A stretch of DNA of 63,931 nt, the filler included, from Polymyxa betae A26-41 (taxonomy: Eukaryota; Protista; Endomyxa: Phytomyxea), in assembly GCA_003693705.1 (NCBI GenBank). It is 8 parts of 8 records of this genome, joined end to end, with 100 filler letters (N's around TTAATTAATTAA, not from the genome) between each part and the next. Parts side by side here need not be neighbours in the genome. Positions count along the whole stretch, not along the records: positions 1 to 7,304 come from RBZT01000451.1; positions 7,405 to 21,536 come from RBZT01000493.1; 6 more parts are not named here. One strand, written 5' to 3'. A program made the translations under genes and the position numbers. Positions within the stretch are counted from its first letter, which is position 1; the number at the start of each line of letters is the position of its first letter. The notes under the pieces are model-generated. The model saw nothing but the letters and a program-made list of their open reading frames with translations. It made no database searches and had not been told where the DNA came from. This document shows, one piece after another, positions 1 through 11,495 of this stretch.

Positions 1-592
1 ATAGAAGGTTCTGGATCTCTGGTCTTAGGCCTCTTAAGAATGAATGGCGCGCGGCGACATCGTTGTAGCCCGCGTCAGCAACCAGCTGCTGGAACTGGCA
101 AGCGTATTCCATAACGCTTCGGCTTCCTTGACTGACGCGATCTAACTGATCGGCCGCATTTGCCGCTCGGTTTGGGTCATCGAATCGAGCGCGAAACAGT
201 GTAACGAAGTTCGCGAAGTTGAGCACAACCTGTGGGTCCTGCGCCTCAAAGTAGGGATTAGACCATTCACGTGCAGCTCTTGTCAGCAGACTGCCGACTA
301 GCAATACTCTTGACTGATCAGATGCATATGTAATCGGCTGTTGCTGAATCACCATCATAACCTGGTTAATAAATCCTCGAACCGACTCAGCTTTGCCGTC
401 GAACGGGTCGGGTAGACGGGCCTTGGCTTCGCGTGACGAAGTGTCAGTAGCGGGTGCCGTCGATCGCGTTACAATGTGTTCCATCAATTGCTGTTGCTGC
501 AGGAGAATCTGTCGCAAATCAGAGGTGAACGCTGGTAAGTCGCCATCTGGAAGCGGGGCTAGGGCTGGGTCAGGAGGTACTTCCTGGGACAT
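1..592 (-). CDS. gag: Ty3/Gypsy Gag (capsid), runs off the window start
   Basis: My translation from the ATG at 592 is open to the edge: LPDPFDGKAESVRGFINQV...LLTRAAREWSNPY...FRARFDDP...FLRGLRPEI, typical retrotransposon gag. Confidence 0.85.
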   Translation of the reverse strand, partial: MSQEVPPDPALAPLPDGDLPAFTSDLRQILLQQQQLMEHIVTRSTAPATDTSSREAKARLPDPFDGKAESVRGFINQVMMVIQQQPITYASDQSRVLLVGSLLTRAAREWSNPYFEAQDPQVVLNFANFVTLFRARFDDPNRAANAADQLDRVSQGSRSVMEYACQFQQLVADAGYNDVAARHSFLRGLRPEIQNLL

Positions 593-601
593 GGGCAGGG
601 G

Positions 602-614
602 AGATCTGTTTCGT
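602..614 (-). promoter_or_regulatory. Putative self-priming primer-binding site (Tf1-type)
   Basis: ACGAAACAGATCT lies 1 nt after the LTR end and is the perfect reverse complement of LTR-internal 721-733. Confidence 0.7.
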
Positions 615-615
615 C

Positions 616-801
616 TGTTAAAGACAGAAACAGGTAGCTATAGCAATGGAATCAGGGGAGCAGGGTTAGCAGGAGCTGACGACGAGAAGACAAGAGATTA
701 GGGACGTGATTGGTACACTCACGAAACAGATCTGGCGATCTGGCCGTGGAAGACGTGTTTATGTTGGATCAATAAGTCCGTGAACTTTGCACTACGTAAC
801 A
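616..801 (-). repeat. 5' LTR (186 bp) of the Gypsy element, inserted into a Copia RT
   Basis: TGTTA...TAACA termini; begins exactly where the Copia NHTWDL reading breaks. Confidence 0.75.
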
Positions 802-3247
802 AGTCCCAGGTATGATTCCGCACTAAGGCATCGAACTCCGCTTGCATCGCCTTCCGCCATTCCGGACTTTCAAGTGCTTCCGCAACACTCTTGGGCTCTC
901 CTCCGTCCGCATATTCAGTTGATGCCGCCGAAATCTCCTCGGTCGATATCGGTGAGTCTCTTTCATGCTCTTCTAACGCAGAACCCAACTTTTGATCGTG
1001 CATCAGGTATTGTCTTGGCTTTCGGACTCGATGTGGTCGTTCAGCAGGTGGCTGGTCGTCTCGGCTGTCGTCGTAGTTGCTCTCGCTCTCCTCGTTGATG
1101 CCGTCAGAATCTTTCTCACCATCGTCGTCCGATCGTCCGGACTTCTCACGGACTTTCTCATTGGATACTGTTCTGGGCCTTGACATCTGTCCGTCTCTAG
1201 AGATGAATCTCTTCCGAGTCTCCAAGTCCTCGAAGTTGCAGGCCTTGACTCCGTCCGCATAACCTAGAAATATACAAGTCCGCGACTTGGGGTCCAACTT
1301 ATCTCTTCTCTCATTTGGTACGTGTACTTCCACTCGAGCTCCGAACGTCGTTAATGTTGGCAGCTGCGCTTTCTTGCCGAACACGATCTCATATGGCGTC
1401 ATATTGGATGGTTGGCCTTACTTGGTGTCCGGTTTCTAATAAACGCCGACATCCGTGCAGCGTACTCCCAGTAACCTTTTGATAGGTTCGCGTCCATTAA
1501 CAGACACCGCGCCATCTCAATCAGCGTCCGGTTCATCCGCTCCGCCTTGCCGTTCTGCTCCGGAGATCTTGGCGCCGAGCGTTCCCAACGAATTCCTTGC
1601 TCCTTCATAAACTTGATCGCTTCATGGCTGGAATACTCCCCTCCGCCGTCCGAGCGTAAGTCCGGACCGGCGCTCTGATTTGTCGCTCCATTGCCGCCGC
1701 AAACACTTTAAACTCCGCCAACTGCTCCGATTTATGCTTGATAAATGCGACGTGTACGTAGCCGCTCGCATCGTCCGTGCATGTGACCATATACCGATTT
1801 CCTTGTAGGGACTGGGTGGGCATTGGTCCGCAGATGTCCGTGTGGATCAATTCACCGACGCTCCTTTCAACAGCTTGAGCGGCCTTCGGGATGATGGCTC
1901 TTATTAGCTTTCCTTCGGCGCAAATTTTGCACGGAGTTTTCCGGAATTTGATCATTGGCCGGCTCCGGTAATATCCCGCGTTTGACCATCTCGCGAACTG
2001 TAGTGAAGTTGGTATGTCCGCAGACCCGATGCAGGTGCTCCAGCGTGACGGCGACAGTAGCAGTCTCTGGGTTTCGCGAATACAATCGGAACATGCCGTT
2101 TGTCAGCCTTGCCGTCAGTACACCTCGCCCTTGAATAGTATCTCGTATCGTCCTTGAACTTGTCTTGTTTCGATTCCTGGTGTCCGACAGGCTGCTGTAG
2201 TCGAGAGTAGGTTCTCACGGAGTTCCTGTACAAACAACACGTCCTTGATCTTGACACGGTCGGACAGCTGCACCATTCCAATGCGCGTAGCGTAATCTGC
2301 CCGATTCTCTCCGAGAATCATCCTTGTATGGGATTTCAGGGGCCTCGGATCGATCAGTATATCGTAGCGATTCACCATGTGTGAGGAGGCCCCGCTATCC
2401 ATCAGCCATGTGATTCGACCTTCTCCTGTCACGTCTTCTTGCGAGTTAGAGACCCTCTCCACAGCATTGAACAGAACCTCGGAGCCCGCGGTGCTGGCTT
2501 GGCCTCCCTTATTACCACCCTGTTGGCCTTGGCGACATCCACGAGCCCAATGTCCGGGCTGTTTGCATTTCCGGCATACGTCTTTGTCTTCGTTCTTGTT
2601 GTCTTTTCCGTTCTCATTCCGGCCTCTGTTACCTCGTCCGCGACCTCAACGTCCGCGACCTCGTCCTCGGCCTCTACTCGTCTCCGCTCGAAGTGCAACT
2701 TGGGGTTCAGAATCCTTATCCTTCCATCTCTCTTCAGCATTCACCAGTTTTGAGATTAACTCCTCCTTGGTTAAGGCCGAACCATTCATCAAACACTCGA
2801 CTGTCATCTTGAGGTGAGGCAGGTGCCGAACTGCGATCAGCATAGTCACGAAGAAGTCCGAGTCCGTAATTCCGTGCCCTTCTGCGGCTTTGATCTTTCG
2901 TGATAGGTCGATCATGTACTTGGCGAAATCCTCAATTGACTGACCGTCCTTTGGTCTCGCCTCACGGAATCTCACTTCCAAAGTAGACATATTCTGGATG
3001 TCCGTGTTGCAGTGGCGAGCCTTCAGTTTCTGCCAAGCTTGATACGCAGATCTGGCCTCGATTAGATAGTCGAGCTGTCCTTCATCAACCGACGTCAGGA
3101 TCAGTGAGAGACAAAATCGGCTGCTAGCTGCGTCATCGCCGGGACCCTCCAGATACTCCTCTGGTCCGAGCTGGGCCAGGTATGCCCGAAACACATACTG
3201 GTACTTGGTCCAATTCGAGTCGTTGAGCCGTGGTCCAGTATACGTAG

Positions 3248-3261
3248 CTGGGCCCATAACC
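3248..3261 (-). promoter_or_regulatory. Copia PBS GGTTATGGGCCCAG
   Basis: Directly follows the LTR-terminal CA; same sequence as the copia-type PBS for an internal part of initiator tRNA-Met. Confidence 0.85.
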
Positions 3262-3413
3262 TGTAAGTGGGAACGGGGCCGCGACTCATCCGACCTCGAA
3301 TCCGCAGGCAACTGCTTCTTAGGCGTCGCTCTCGTGTTCGCCATTCAACTCAGCGAGCTTGATGTTAGATCAACAATCCGATATATGTTCTGTTTATTTG
3401 GTTAAGTAAAACA
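3262..3413 (-). repeat. Copia 5' LTR (~152 bp)
   Basis: TG...CA ends, bounded by the PBS on one side and hAT coding sequence on the other. Confidence 0.65.
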
Positions 3414-4444
3414 TCTCCGAAATGCGAGATTAGAATGTTCCAGTGGAACAAGGTTCCAACTCAGTCGCAGGGGTGTTCCGCCTCAGTGGAGTGCAGCCCC
3501 TCCGGGGCTGCGCAGAATATTCCAAACGTGCGGGATCGTTACGTCCAACAGAGATCGTTATTGCTGTTCAACCGGGTGAATCTGAGTCATGCGGAAAATG
3601 GAGAATTTTTCACTCGGATGTGGAGGACTTCCTTATGGATCAGGGACTAAGGATGCAAACAATCATCCAACAGCTAGACGAGACTGTCCTCTACAACATC
3701 AAACATGAGTTAGGTAAGTTTATCTGCAAATCCGTCCATGGAATTGACCAAGTTTGTCCTCTGAGGACTTCTGAGAATCGCGCAATATCCAATGATGAGA
3801 TTCCACTTGTGATGCCTCAGCAGCTTTGCAAGATGAAAGGATCCCAATTAGAAGCAGTTCTTTCAAAGTATATCGATCGCTTAAATTTCCATGGACGGAA
3901 ACAGACATTGCTCAGCTTGAAGACGAACAAGCAGATCTTCGTGATGCCTACCGGAACGAGCCCGCTGTGGCCACTATGATTAACGAGTTTGATGATTCGA
4001 CAGCCTTCGCAGAATCCTGGAACTATTTAAAAGATCGGTTCAGTAAGCTGTGTGCTTTTTGCGGAGCTTTGGCAACATTGTTTTCCAATAACGCTTCAGT
4101 GGAATCATATTTCTCAATTTTAGGTTGGGAGAAAGACGAACACCGGACGTCACTCACAGATCTATCTTTAGAAGGCATCCTGCAAGCGAAACAGTTTCAG
4201 AAACTTTCAAAATTGTGATCATATTTGATATATCATTTCGTTACAGCTGTCAATAAAGTAGGGTGTGAATGATTTGTGCTCAAAACACTTTCAAAACCAA
4301 CATCAGGGAGAACCAACATCCTTCAATGTGATTAACAGGCGCGATTACAGCGATTTATATACAATTCCGAAAATACTGCTGCTGCGGCGCCGAAATTAGC
4401 TTAGTTTCGTTAAAATCGGCAAATGCCGAAATTAAGGAGGCCTG
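3414..4444 (+). mobile_element. hAT transposon 3' part (transposase C-terminal dimerisation domain and right terminus)
   Basis: LATLFSNNASVESYFSILGWEKDEHRTSLTDLSLEGIL; ends ...GAGGCCTG followed by CTCTAGAG, an nTCTAGAn-type hAT target. Confidence 0.7.
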
Positions 4445-4452
4445 CTCTAGAG

Positions 4453-7170
4453 CCTCCCACTCGATAGTCTCAGAAAATACAATCGCTCAAATAGCTGAGT
4501 CTTCCACTGATATCGAATCTAAAATCATGATCGATAGCGGATGCACGACACACTCGTTCAGTACACAGCAATTTTTTATCTCATATTCTGCAAACCATGG
4601 TGAGAACAACAAGTAGAAATTGCGGACAATTCCAAATTGGTAATCGCCGGATCCGGATCAGTATCCATTGATCTGCGTCAATCTGGCGACGGACCCCCCG
4701 TCACACTGACCATGAAGAACGCCATCCATGTCCCCGAACTGTCAGGAAATTATTTCTCCGTTAGTTCTGCCACAGACAGCGGATTAATTGTACAGTTCGA
4801 CGCTAATAATGTTATGTTTTTCAACGCCGAATCTCGCAAACTCGTTGCCATTGGCGAACGCGAGGATAACCTCTATTAATTATCTAGTATTCCTCGTGAT
4901 ATCACGGAATCAACCAAATTAAACACAGTATCACTGTCTAATGCCGCCTCCGCATCCATCTGGCATGCGCGAATGGGGCACATAAATCCAACCTCTCTAA
5001 AATCCCTGACCCGGGGAAGCGCTACCGGAATCAACATCACCGGTAATAACAGAAAATTCTTCTGTGAATCTTGTATCCACGGGAAGGCCACACGAACGCC
5101 ATTCCATAGACGCGCTAACCCAAATCATCGCGCAATCGAAGTTCTCGGGCGCATCTCCACGGATCTCTGCGGTCCCCTACCATCATCAATAAACAGAGAA
5201 GTTTATCTCATGGCGATTCTCGACTAATTCAGCCATTACGTACAGGTCTACTGCCTGAGAAGAAAATCCGAAGCGCTCGACGCCTTCAAATCATATCGAA
5301 AAGCGGTGAATAATCTTCACAAAACAAAGCTCCAGATACTCTCCGCATCGATGGAGGGGGCGAGTTTAACTCGACCGAATTTCACGATTTCCTTAAATCT
5401 AAAGGCATTAAACTCGAACGTACGATGCCCTACAGCTCACAGGAGAACGGGTCGTCCGAGCGAATAAACCGAACACTGCTCGATATCGCTCGATGCATCA
5501 TGCACTACGCTAACGTGCCCTCCGTTTTTGGAATTACGCGGTACATCATGCCGCCTATATCCACAACAGAGCACCAACAAAGTCTATTCCCAATAATAAA
5601 ACTCCATTCGGAATCTGGTTCGCTAAGAAACTGATCTGTCTCGAATGCGGATCTTCGGATCTGCCGCATATAGCATTATCCCGAAAATACAGCGCCAACA
5701 CAAATTCAGTGACAGAGCTATGAAATTCGTCTTCCTAGGTCACTCACAAACGAGTTCTGGCTATATTTTGTACAACATTGAGCAAAATACTACATTCGAA
5801 AGTCGAGATGTCCGTTTCAAAGAGGACGAATTTCCATTCCACGGTCTGAGCCGTTCTGATCCCCTCGTTGATCCTGAACCGGACGACCCGAATGACGCAA
5901 CTTACTATCCGAATGACCTCACGCCAATATGCACGCCAGACTCGAGCGAATTATCTAATGGGGAAAACGAATTTGAGTTCAAAAGTCGCCCGCACCAGGC
6001 CACCCATCCTGACACTCTCGCTACAACTGAAATAATAAACGATTCATCCCAAAACAGTTCTCCTACAGCACTAAGTGGTGGTCCCAATATTGTCTGTGGA
6101 ACTGATTTGCCATCCGGTATCACGCCACTAGAGCCAGCCCGCAGCTCTAAGCGCGCTCGCAAACAGCGCGACATGGAATTCTATGTTGACAGTAATTGCA
6201 TTAAATCCATGTCCGTGTCGCAGCAGTGCCTTTCCGACAAAATTCACATACCAAAATCGATCAATGAGGCCTTGAATGGACCTCATCGAGATCAATGGAA
6301 AGAGGCGATTGATTCGGAGCTTGCATCACACAGTGAAAACGGCACCTGGACTCTGGTGGACGCACCTGCCCCAGGACGCAGTATCATTGGTTCGATGTGG
6401 GTCTTCAAGGTTATATACAACCAATCCGATGGATCAGTAGGGCGATTTAAGGCGCGACTCGTCGCAAGAGGCGATTCTCAAAAGCCCGGCGATGACTTCA
6501 ACGAAACGTATGCGCCAGTCGCACGTTTCACATCATTTCGACTATTAATGGCAATCGCTGCTCACCTTGATCTCGAGCTCGAGCACATTGACATCACAAC
6601 TGCGTATCTATACGGAAAAATTGATGCAGAAATATATATGAGACAGCCGCCGGGCTGCAAAATTAACGGACAAGAAAATAAAGTCTGTAAATTACAAAAT
6701 CTATCTATGGACTCAGACAAGCCGGTAGAATCTGGAACACTGTTTTCCATGAATTTCTAATTAACTGCGGTTTCACACAGTGTATAACCGATGAATGTCT
6801 TTATGTTACCAAACTAAACGATCGCAAAACAATACTCATACTGATTTATGTTGATGACGTAATTGTGGCGACCAACTCCAAAACTGCGTTAACAGAACTG
6901 AAAGCCCCGAGTTCGAAGCCAGTTCAAAGTTAAAATTTTAGGACCACTAAAATGTTTCCTGAACATTGAAGTGATCCGAGACCGGATCCAGAGAAAAATC
7001 TGGCTCTCACAGGCTCAATACATCTCAGATTTACTCTCCGAATCCGGAATGAGCGACTGTAATACAGCCCCGACACCAGAGCACGGCTCCACTCTGGTGT
7101 GGGCCCTCAGGACGATGCCGAACGCGCCTATATGCGTCAGATCGGTTACCGCGAGGCCGTTGGTTCATTG
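4453..7170 (+). pseudogene. Ty1/Copia pol (PR, IN, RT), disrupted
   Basis: MIDSGCTTH, WHARMGH, ISTDLCGP, QENGSSERINRTL, RFKARLVARG, YVDD; same family as 13608-18717. Confidence 0.92.
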
Positions 7171-7304
7171 TGTTAGAACCTGTCAAACAGAGACTGTCGC
7201 GTGCCACTGGACGTGTGGCATGATCATAGTTACGTTACGTTTATGTTACTAAATTAGTCATGTATTGTGTCCCCAACCACGTCATGTACTCATGGCAGTC
7301 TCAT
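7171..7304. repeat. Probable LTR end inserted into Copia RT, cut by the contig end
   Basis: RT reading stops after YREAVGSL and TGTTAG... begins. Confidence 0.5.
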
Positions 7305-7404
7305 NNNNNNNNNNNNNNNNNNNNNNNNNNNNNNNNNNNNNNNNNNNNTTAATTAATTAANNNNNNNNNNNNNNNNNNNNNNNNNNNNNNNNNNNNNNNN
7401 NNNN
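7305..7404. other. Artificial contig linker
   Basis: N44-TTAATTAATTAA-N44 (stops in all six frames). Confidence 0.98.
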
Positions 7405-7521
7405 GTGATTACAATAAGAGTTATGATATTTAAAATCTTTATCAAATTGTTTTGTTTCTGTTAAATTATTGTATTGCTTATAATAACCGCAAAATTTACA
7501 TTTTAAATAACCACTTACCAT
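7405..7521 (-). CDS. Small AT-rich ORF with CxxC, truncated by the contig end
   Basis: MVSGYLKCKFCGYYKQYNNLTETKQFDKDFKYHNSYCNH. Confidence 0.4.
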
Positions 7522-7594
7522 TACAATTACCCTCTATTATAATTTTCAGTTTTTTCCCTGATTGGGTGGGGTGGTTTTATTTTGAATTTTATGT

Positions 7595-7944
7595 TTATTC
7601 TGGTTTGATTGGGGGTTTATATTTTATTTTATTTACAAACTCAGATTTTAAACGCGTTTCAATAAATTTAACTGCCTTTTGAAATTGTTTATCTCTATTT
7701 TTCTGATAATAAAACATTTTCTCAATCCATTTATCATCTTGTTTATATATCAAAAAAAGTTTTGATATATATCTTCAAAGAGTTTTGGTAAATCATTATT
7801 TAAGTCTGGATTTTTTTGATAAAATTTTTCTTTTTCATGTTTCAAATATTCTGGCGTCTTTAAAAATTTTCTACATTTTGAACAGAGGTTATCAGAAAAA
7901 AATCTTACTCGTCTTTCCTTGCCACATTTATTACAGAATTTCAT
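7595..7944 (-). CDS. AT-rich, Lys-rich ORF with N-terminal CxxC...CxxC; one frameshift in a homopolymer near 7752
   Basis: MKFCNKCGK...LCSKCRK continues in a shifted frame as LIYKQDDKWIEKMFYY...KPPIKPE*. Confidence 0.5.
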
Positions 7945-8098
7945 TTATATTTTTTATTATATTTTTTTGTTTTTAAATTGATTTGGATTTTCATTTTGAG
8001 TTTAAAGGGAAAATATATTTGGAGGAAAAATTTTTTGGAATGATATGGGGGAAAAGTTTTTTGGATTTTGAGGCGGGCAAATCGGGGGCGATTTTGTT

Positions 8099-11067
8099 AT
8101 TAATACTGCCACTACTGCTCGGATTGTAGATTCCGATGCTACCGCATCAGACATTGAAAGCAGAATTGAAGTTAGCTTTGTCAATGGAAACGTTCTATGC
8201 CAAGGGATTTTGGATAGCGGTGCTGATGCCACAATTATTCCAGGAAACATTGCACAAAAGATTTGTCAAATGGATAATCGAGTTTCTTTACAAACATTAC
8301 CGGAACCAATGACGGCTGTGTTGCCTGATGGTCGAATGGTTGAGATTGCTCATGTGTAGTGAGGCTGTCTCACGTTCAAGACAAATAGAACAACTGAGTC
8401 NNNNNNNNNNNNNNNNNNNNNNNNNNNNNNNNNNNNNNNNNNNGACAGGGGGAGACCCGAAAGGGCCAAATCGCCACTGGGGGCCCAGTGGCGGCGGAAA
8501 CTGCGTGAGTCACGTTCCGGCCTCCGGAAGCCCGGAACTACCCTGGCCGGCCTGGACGAGACCTTGGGGCCTGGAATCTAATTCTACTAAATCATAATTC
8601 AATTGTGCTCTCAATTGTAAAGCCTTTGTTCACGTAGGAGACAAACGACACACTCAACAAGTGTTTGTTGATATTACGCTTCAGTCCAAAGCTGGTCCAC
8701 TAGTGATTAGTCATCATAGATGCTTGGTGTGGAAAGCAATGATGAAGGACGTAATCTTGGGGAATGATGTGTTAAAGCAAATTGGATGTGATCCGAAAAA
8801 GGCTTTGGAGACATTTATCTCCTGTCAGCAGACTGCTAAAATAGAGGCTGATAAAACGGATAATATTGATTCACTTTTATATGATATGGGCACGGATGAA
8901 AAGCCAGATATTATTAATAGCATAAAAGAAAAGGTTCGGGAATGTATGAGCAATGGTATGCCAGCTCAATATGAAAACAAACTGTTAAGTTTGTTGATTC
9001 GTCGGAAAAATGTATTTCGCCGGAAACTGGGACCAGACAATCCCGCTAATGTTACTCCTTTTGAAACAGACTTAGTGCCGGGTGCGAAACCATATTGTTG
9101 TAAAGCACGACACTATTCTGCAGAACAAAGTAAATTTCTGTTAGAATTTACCCAAACCCTTGAGAAGTTTGGTTTGATCTTTGAGAATCATAATTCAGAA
9201 TGGGAAAGTCCAGTTGTGGTTGTTAAGAAACCAAATGGATACAGAATGTGTGTGGACTTAAGAGCGGTAAATGCTTTAAGTTTTGCAACAGCCTGGCCTA
9301 TGCCATTTCTACAGGATATTGTACAGCATATGGCAAATTCTAGATACTGGTTTATTTTGATGCATTTAAAGGATTTTGGATGATGCCTTTAGCAAAGCAT
9401 TGTCAGGAAATGTTTTCATTTATGACAGATAGAGGAGTATTTACTCCAACTAGGTCCATTCAAGGTGCTCTGAACTCAGCAGTTCAATTTCAAGCACGAA
9501 TGACATCGATTTTTAAAGACTTATTTTACAAGTCAATCATTGTATGGATTGATGATATATTAGGCCATTCGGATTCTGTAGAAGATTGGTTTTCCGTACT
9601 GGATACAGCTTTACAGCGGTTGGAAAAATATAATATCAAATTGAATATTGATAAATGTAAATTCTTTGTCACTGAGGTGAAATTCTGTGGAAGAATTTTT
9701 AAACACAAGCATGTGATACATGATCCAAGAAGGATAGAGGCACTCGTTGATATGCCAATGCCAAAGAAAGCTAGTGAGCTACAACAGTTATTGATGGCTA
9801 CTCAATGGATGAGTAGATCAATTCCTCGTTATAATCAGATTGTCGCAAAGTTGCAGCAGTTATTTGAAAATGCAATGAAAGGACAGATTAAGAGGACGAA
9901 AACTGTTGCTAAAAAGGTTAACTTGAATGAGTTTGGTTGGAATGCTGAGCATGAGCTAGCAGTTCATAAATTTTTAATGAGCACTGATAGAGAATGTCAG
10001 GATTGCATTTCCTAGTGATGAGATGATACAGTGTGTCTTCTGTGATGCTAGCTATATTGCTCAGGTATGGTTACACAGATTCCTGTTGAGGATGATTGTA
10101 AGCCATTTTGCGAACAAAGACATCAGCCATTGGGGTTTGTTGGTCATCGATTTACAGGCTCGAATTGAATTGGGCAATTGTTGATAAAGAGGCGTTTGCA
10201 ATCAAGGACACTTTGAAAAAGTTGTCATTGCATTTGAAACGGCCATTTTTGCTGTTTACTGATCACAGAAATCTCATTTCTATGTTTAATCCTGTGAAAT
10301 GTAACAAGCCGTCAGCAGATAGGTTGTTACGATGGGGAATTGAATTACGAGAATTCAATTATGTCATCCGGCATATTCCTGGTGAAGTGAATTGCTAGGC
10401 AGATATTTTGTCACGATGGGGTGCAGCCCACGACACAGCTTGGTCGGTGGCAATTAACACGATTCAGACTACTGATGGTAGTATTGATGATCATGATCAT
10501 ATCCAATCCATAGAACAATATAGGGTTCAGCCATTGAACCCGGATAAATTTGTCTGGCCAGACATTAATGAAATCGCAAACGAGCAGAGACGTCATCTCG
10601 GTACCAATGACGATTATGTTACTGATAGTAACGGGCTGTTTGTTGATGGTCATAACAGGATTGTAATTCCTGTGCAAAGTACTGATTTGAGAATCAGACT
10701 ATGTGTAATTGCGCATGCTGGATGTAACAGTGGGCATATTGGATATCATGCTGCTTTGCAGCTATTGAAACAGAGGTTTTATTGGATTGGAATGGAAAAA
10801 GATGTGCGAGAGATATGCAGTGCATGTCTTCATTGTGTGACAACCCGTAAAGGGTTTCGGGTTCCCAGACCTTTAGGTGAGGCATGTCATGGAACTAAGC
10901 GTAATCAAGTATTGCACTTTGATTTTATGTAAGTTTGGCCGCGAAGTGACAAATCGTATCATCAATATGAATGGTTGTTTGTATTGAGAGATGATTTTTC
11001 GGGTCTAGTCATGTTAAAGCCAGTAAAGATTCCGGACACTTGGACAACAGTAGATGCTCTATTGGAA
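8099..11067 (+). pseudogene. Ty3/Gypsy pol (PR, RT, RNase H, IN N-terminus)
   Basis: ILDSGADAT, YRMCVDLRAVN, WIDD, FTDHRNL, HAG...GH...CLHC. Confidence 0.93.
8353..8652. mobile_element. LTR insertion (solo LTR or collapsed element, spans an N gap) in the Gypsy protease
   Basis: TGTGT...ACACA ends, 4-bp TSD CTCA (8349-8352 and 8653-8656); removal restores VEIAQQVFVDI. Confidence 0.8.
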
Positions 11068-11495
11068 TACGACTCGGGTTGATCAGATCGAGCCACTCTT
11101 CGACCCGGGTTGACCCGGTTATTCTACAACTAGGTGTAATTTCTGAGAATACGCGATCCGCCGATTTTATTGAATGATAGGAAGATTGTAGTTCGGCTAT
11201 AGCTTGAATAGTGTCATCTCCCGATCGAGCCCGACGCACACCAATGGTTGTATCTGAGGCCACGAAAGGATTTTCGAAAAAATTTCTACCAATAATAAAA
11301 GAGTCAGGCGGATTTTATATTTGGACCCGGGTTGACACGATCCGAGTCCGACCCGGCTATTTTGACCCGGGTTGGACCCGGTTTGAACTCGAGTCGACTC
11401 GGGTCGAATCAGGTCGGGAAATTTCCCGACCCGAGTCGATCAGGTCCGAAAATCTCCGACCCGGGTCGACCGGGTCGAACCCGTTGACATCTCTA
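11068..11495. mobile_element. hAT-type terminal fragment with subterminal repeats
   Basis: Many GACCCGGG/GACTCGGG motifs in both orientations; ends CCGTTGACATCTCTA (TAGAGATG-type TIR). Confidence 0.65.

Larger units (their letters stand above)
802..3413 (-). mobile_element. Ty1/Copia element, frameshifted (gag, CCHC, PR, GAG-pre-IN, IN, start of RT)
   Basis: WLMDSGASSHM, LIHTDICGP, PEQNGKAERMNRTL, KLDPKSRTCIFLGY, EWRKAMQAEFDAL. Confidence 0.93.

Noticed and set aside
7349-7360. Recurrent TTAATTAATTAA palindrome (7 times)
   Set aside because: Always centred in 44+44 Ns; an assembly linker, and ORFs running into it are artefacts
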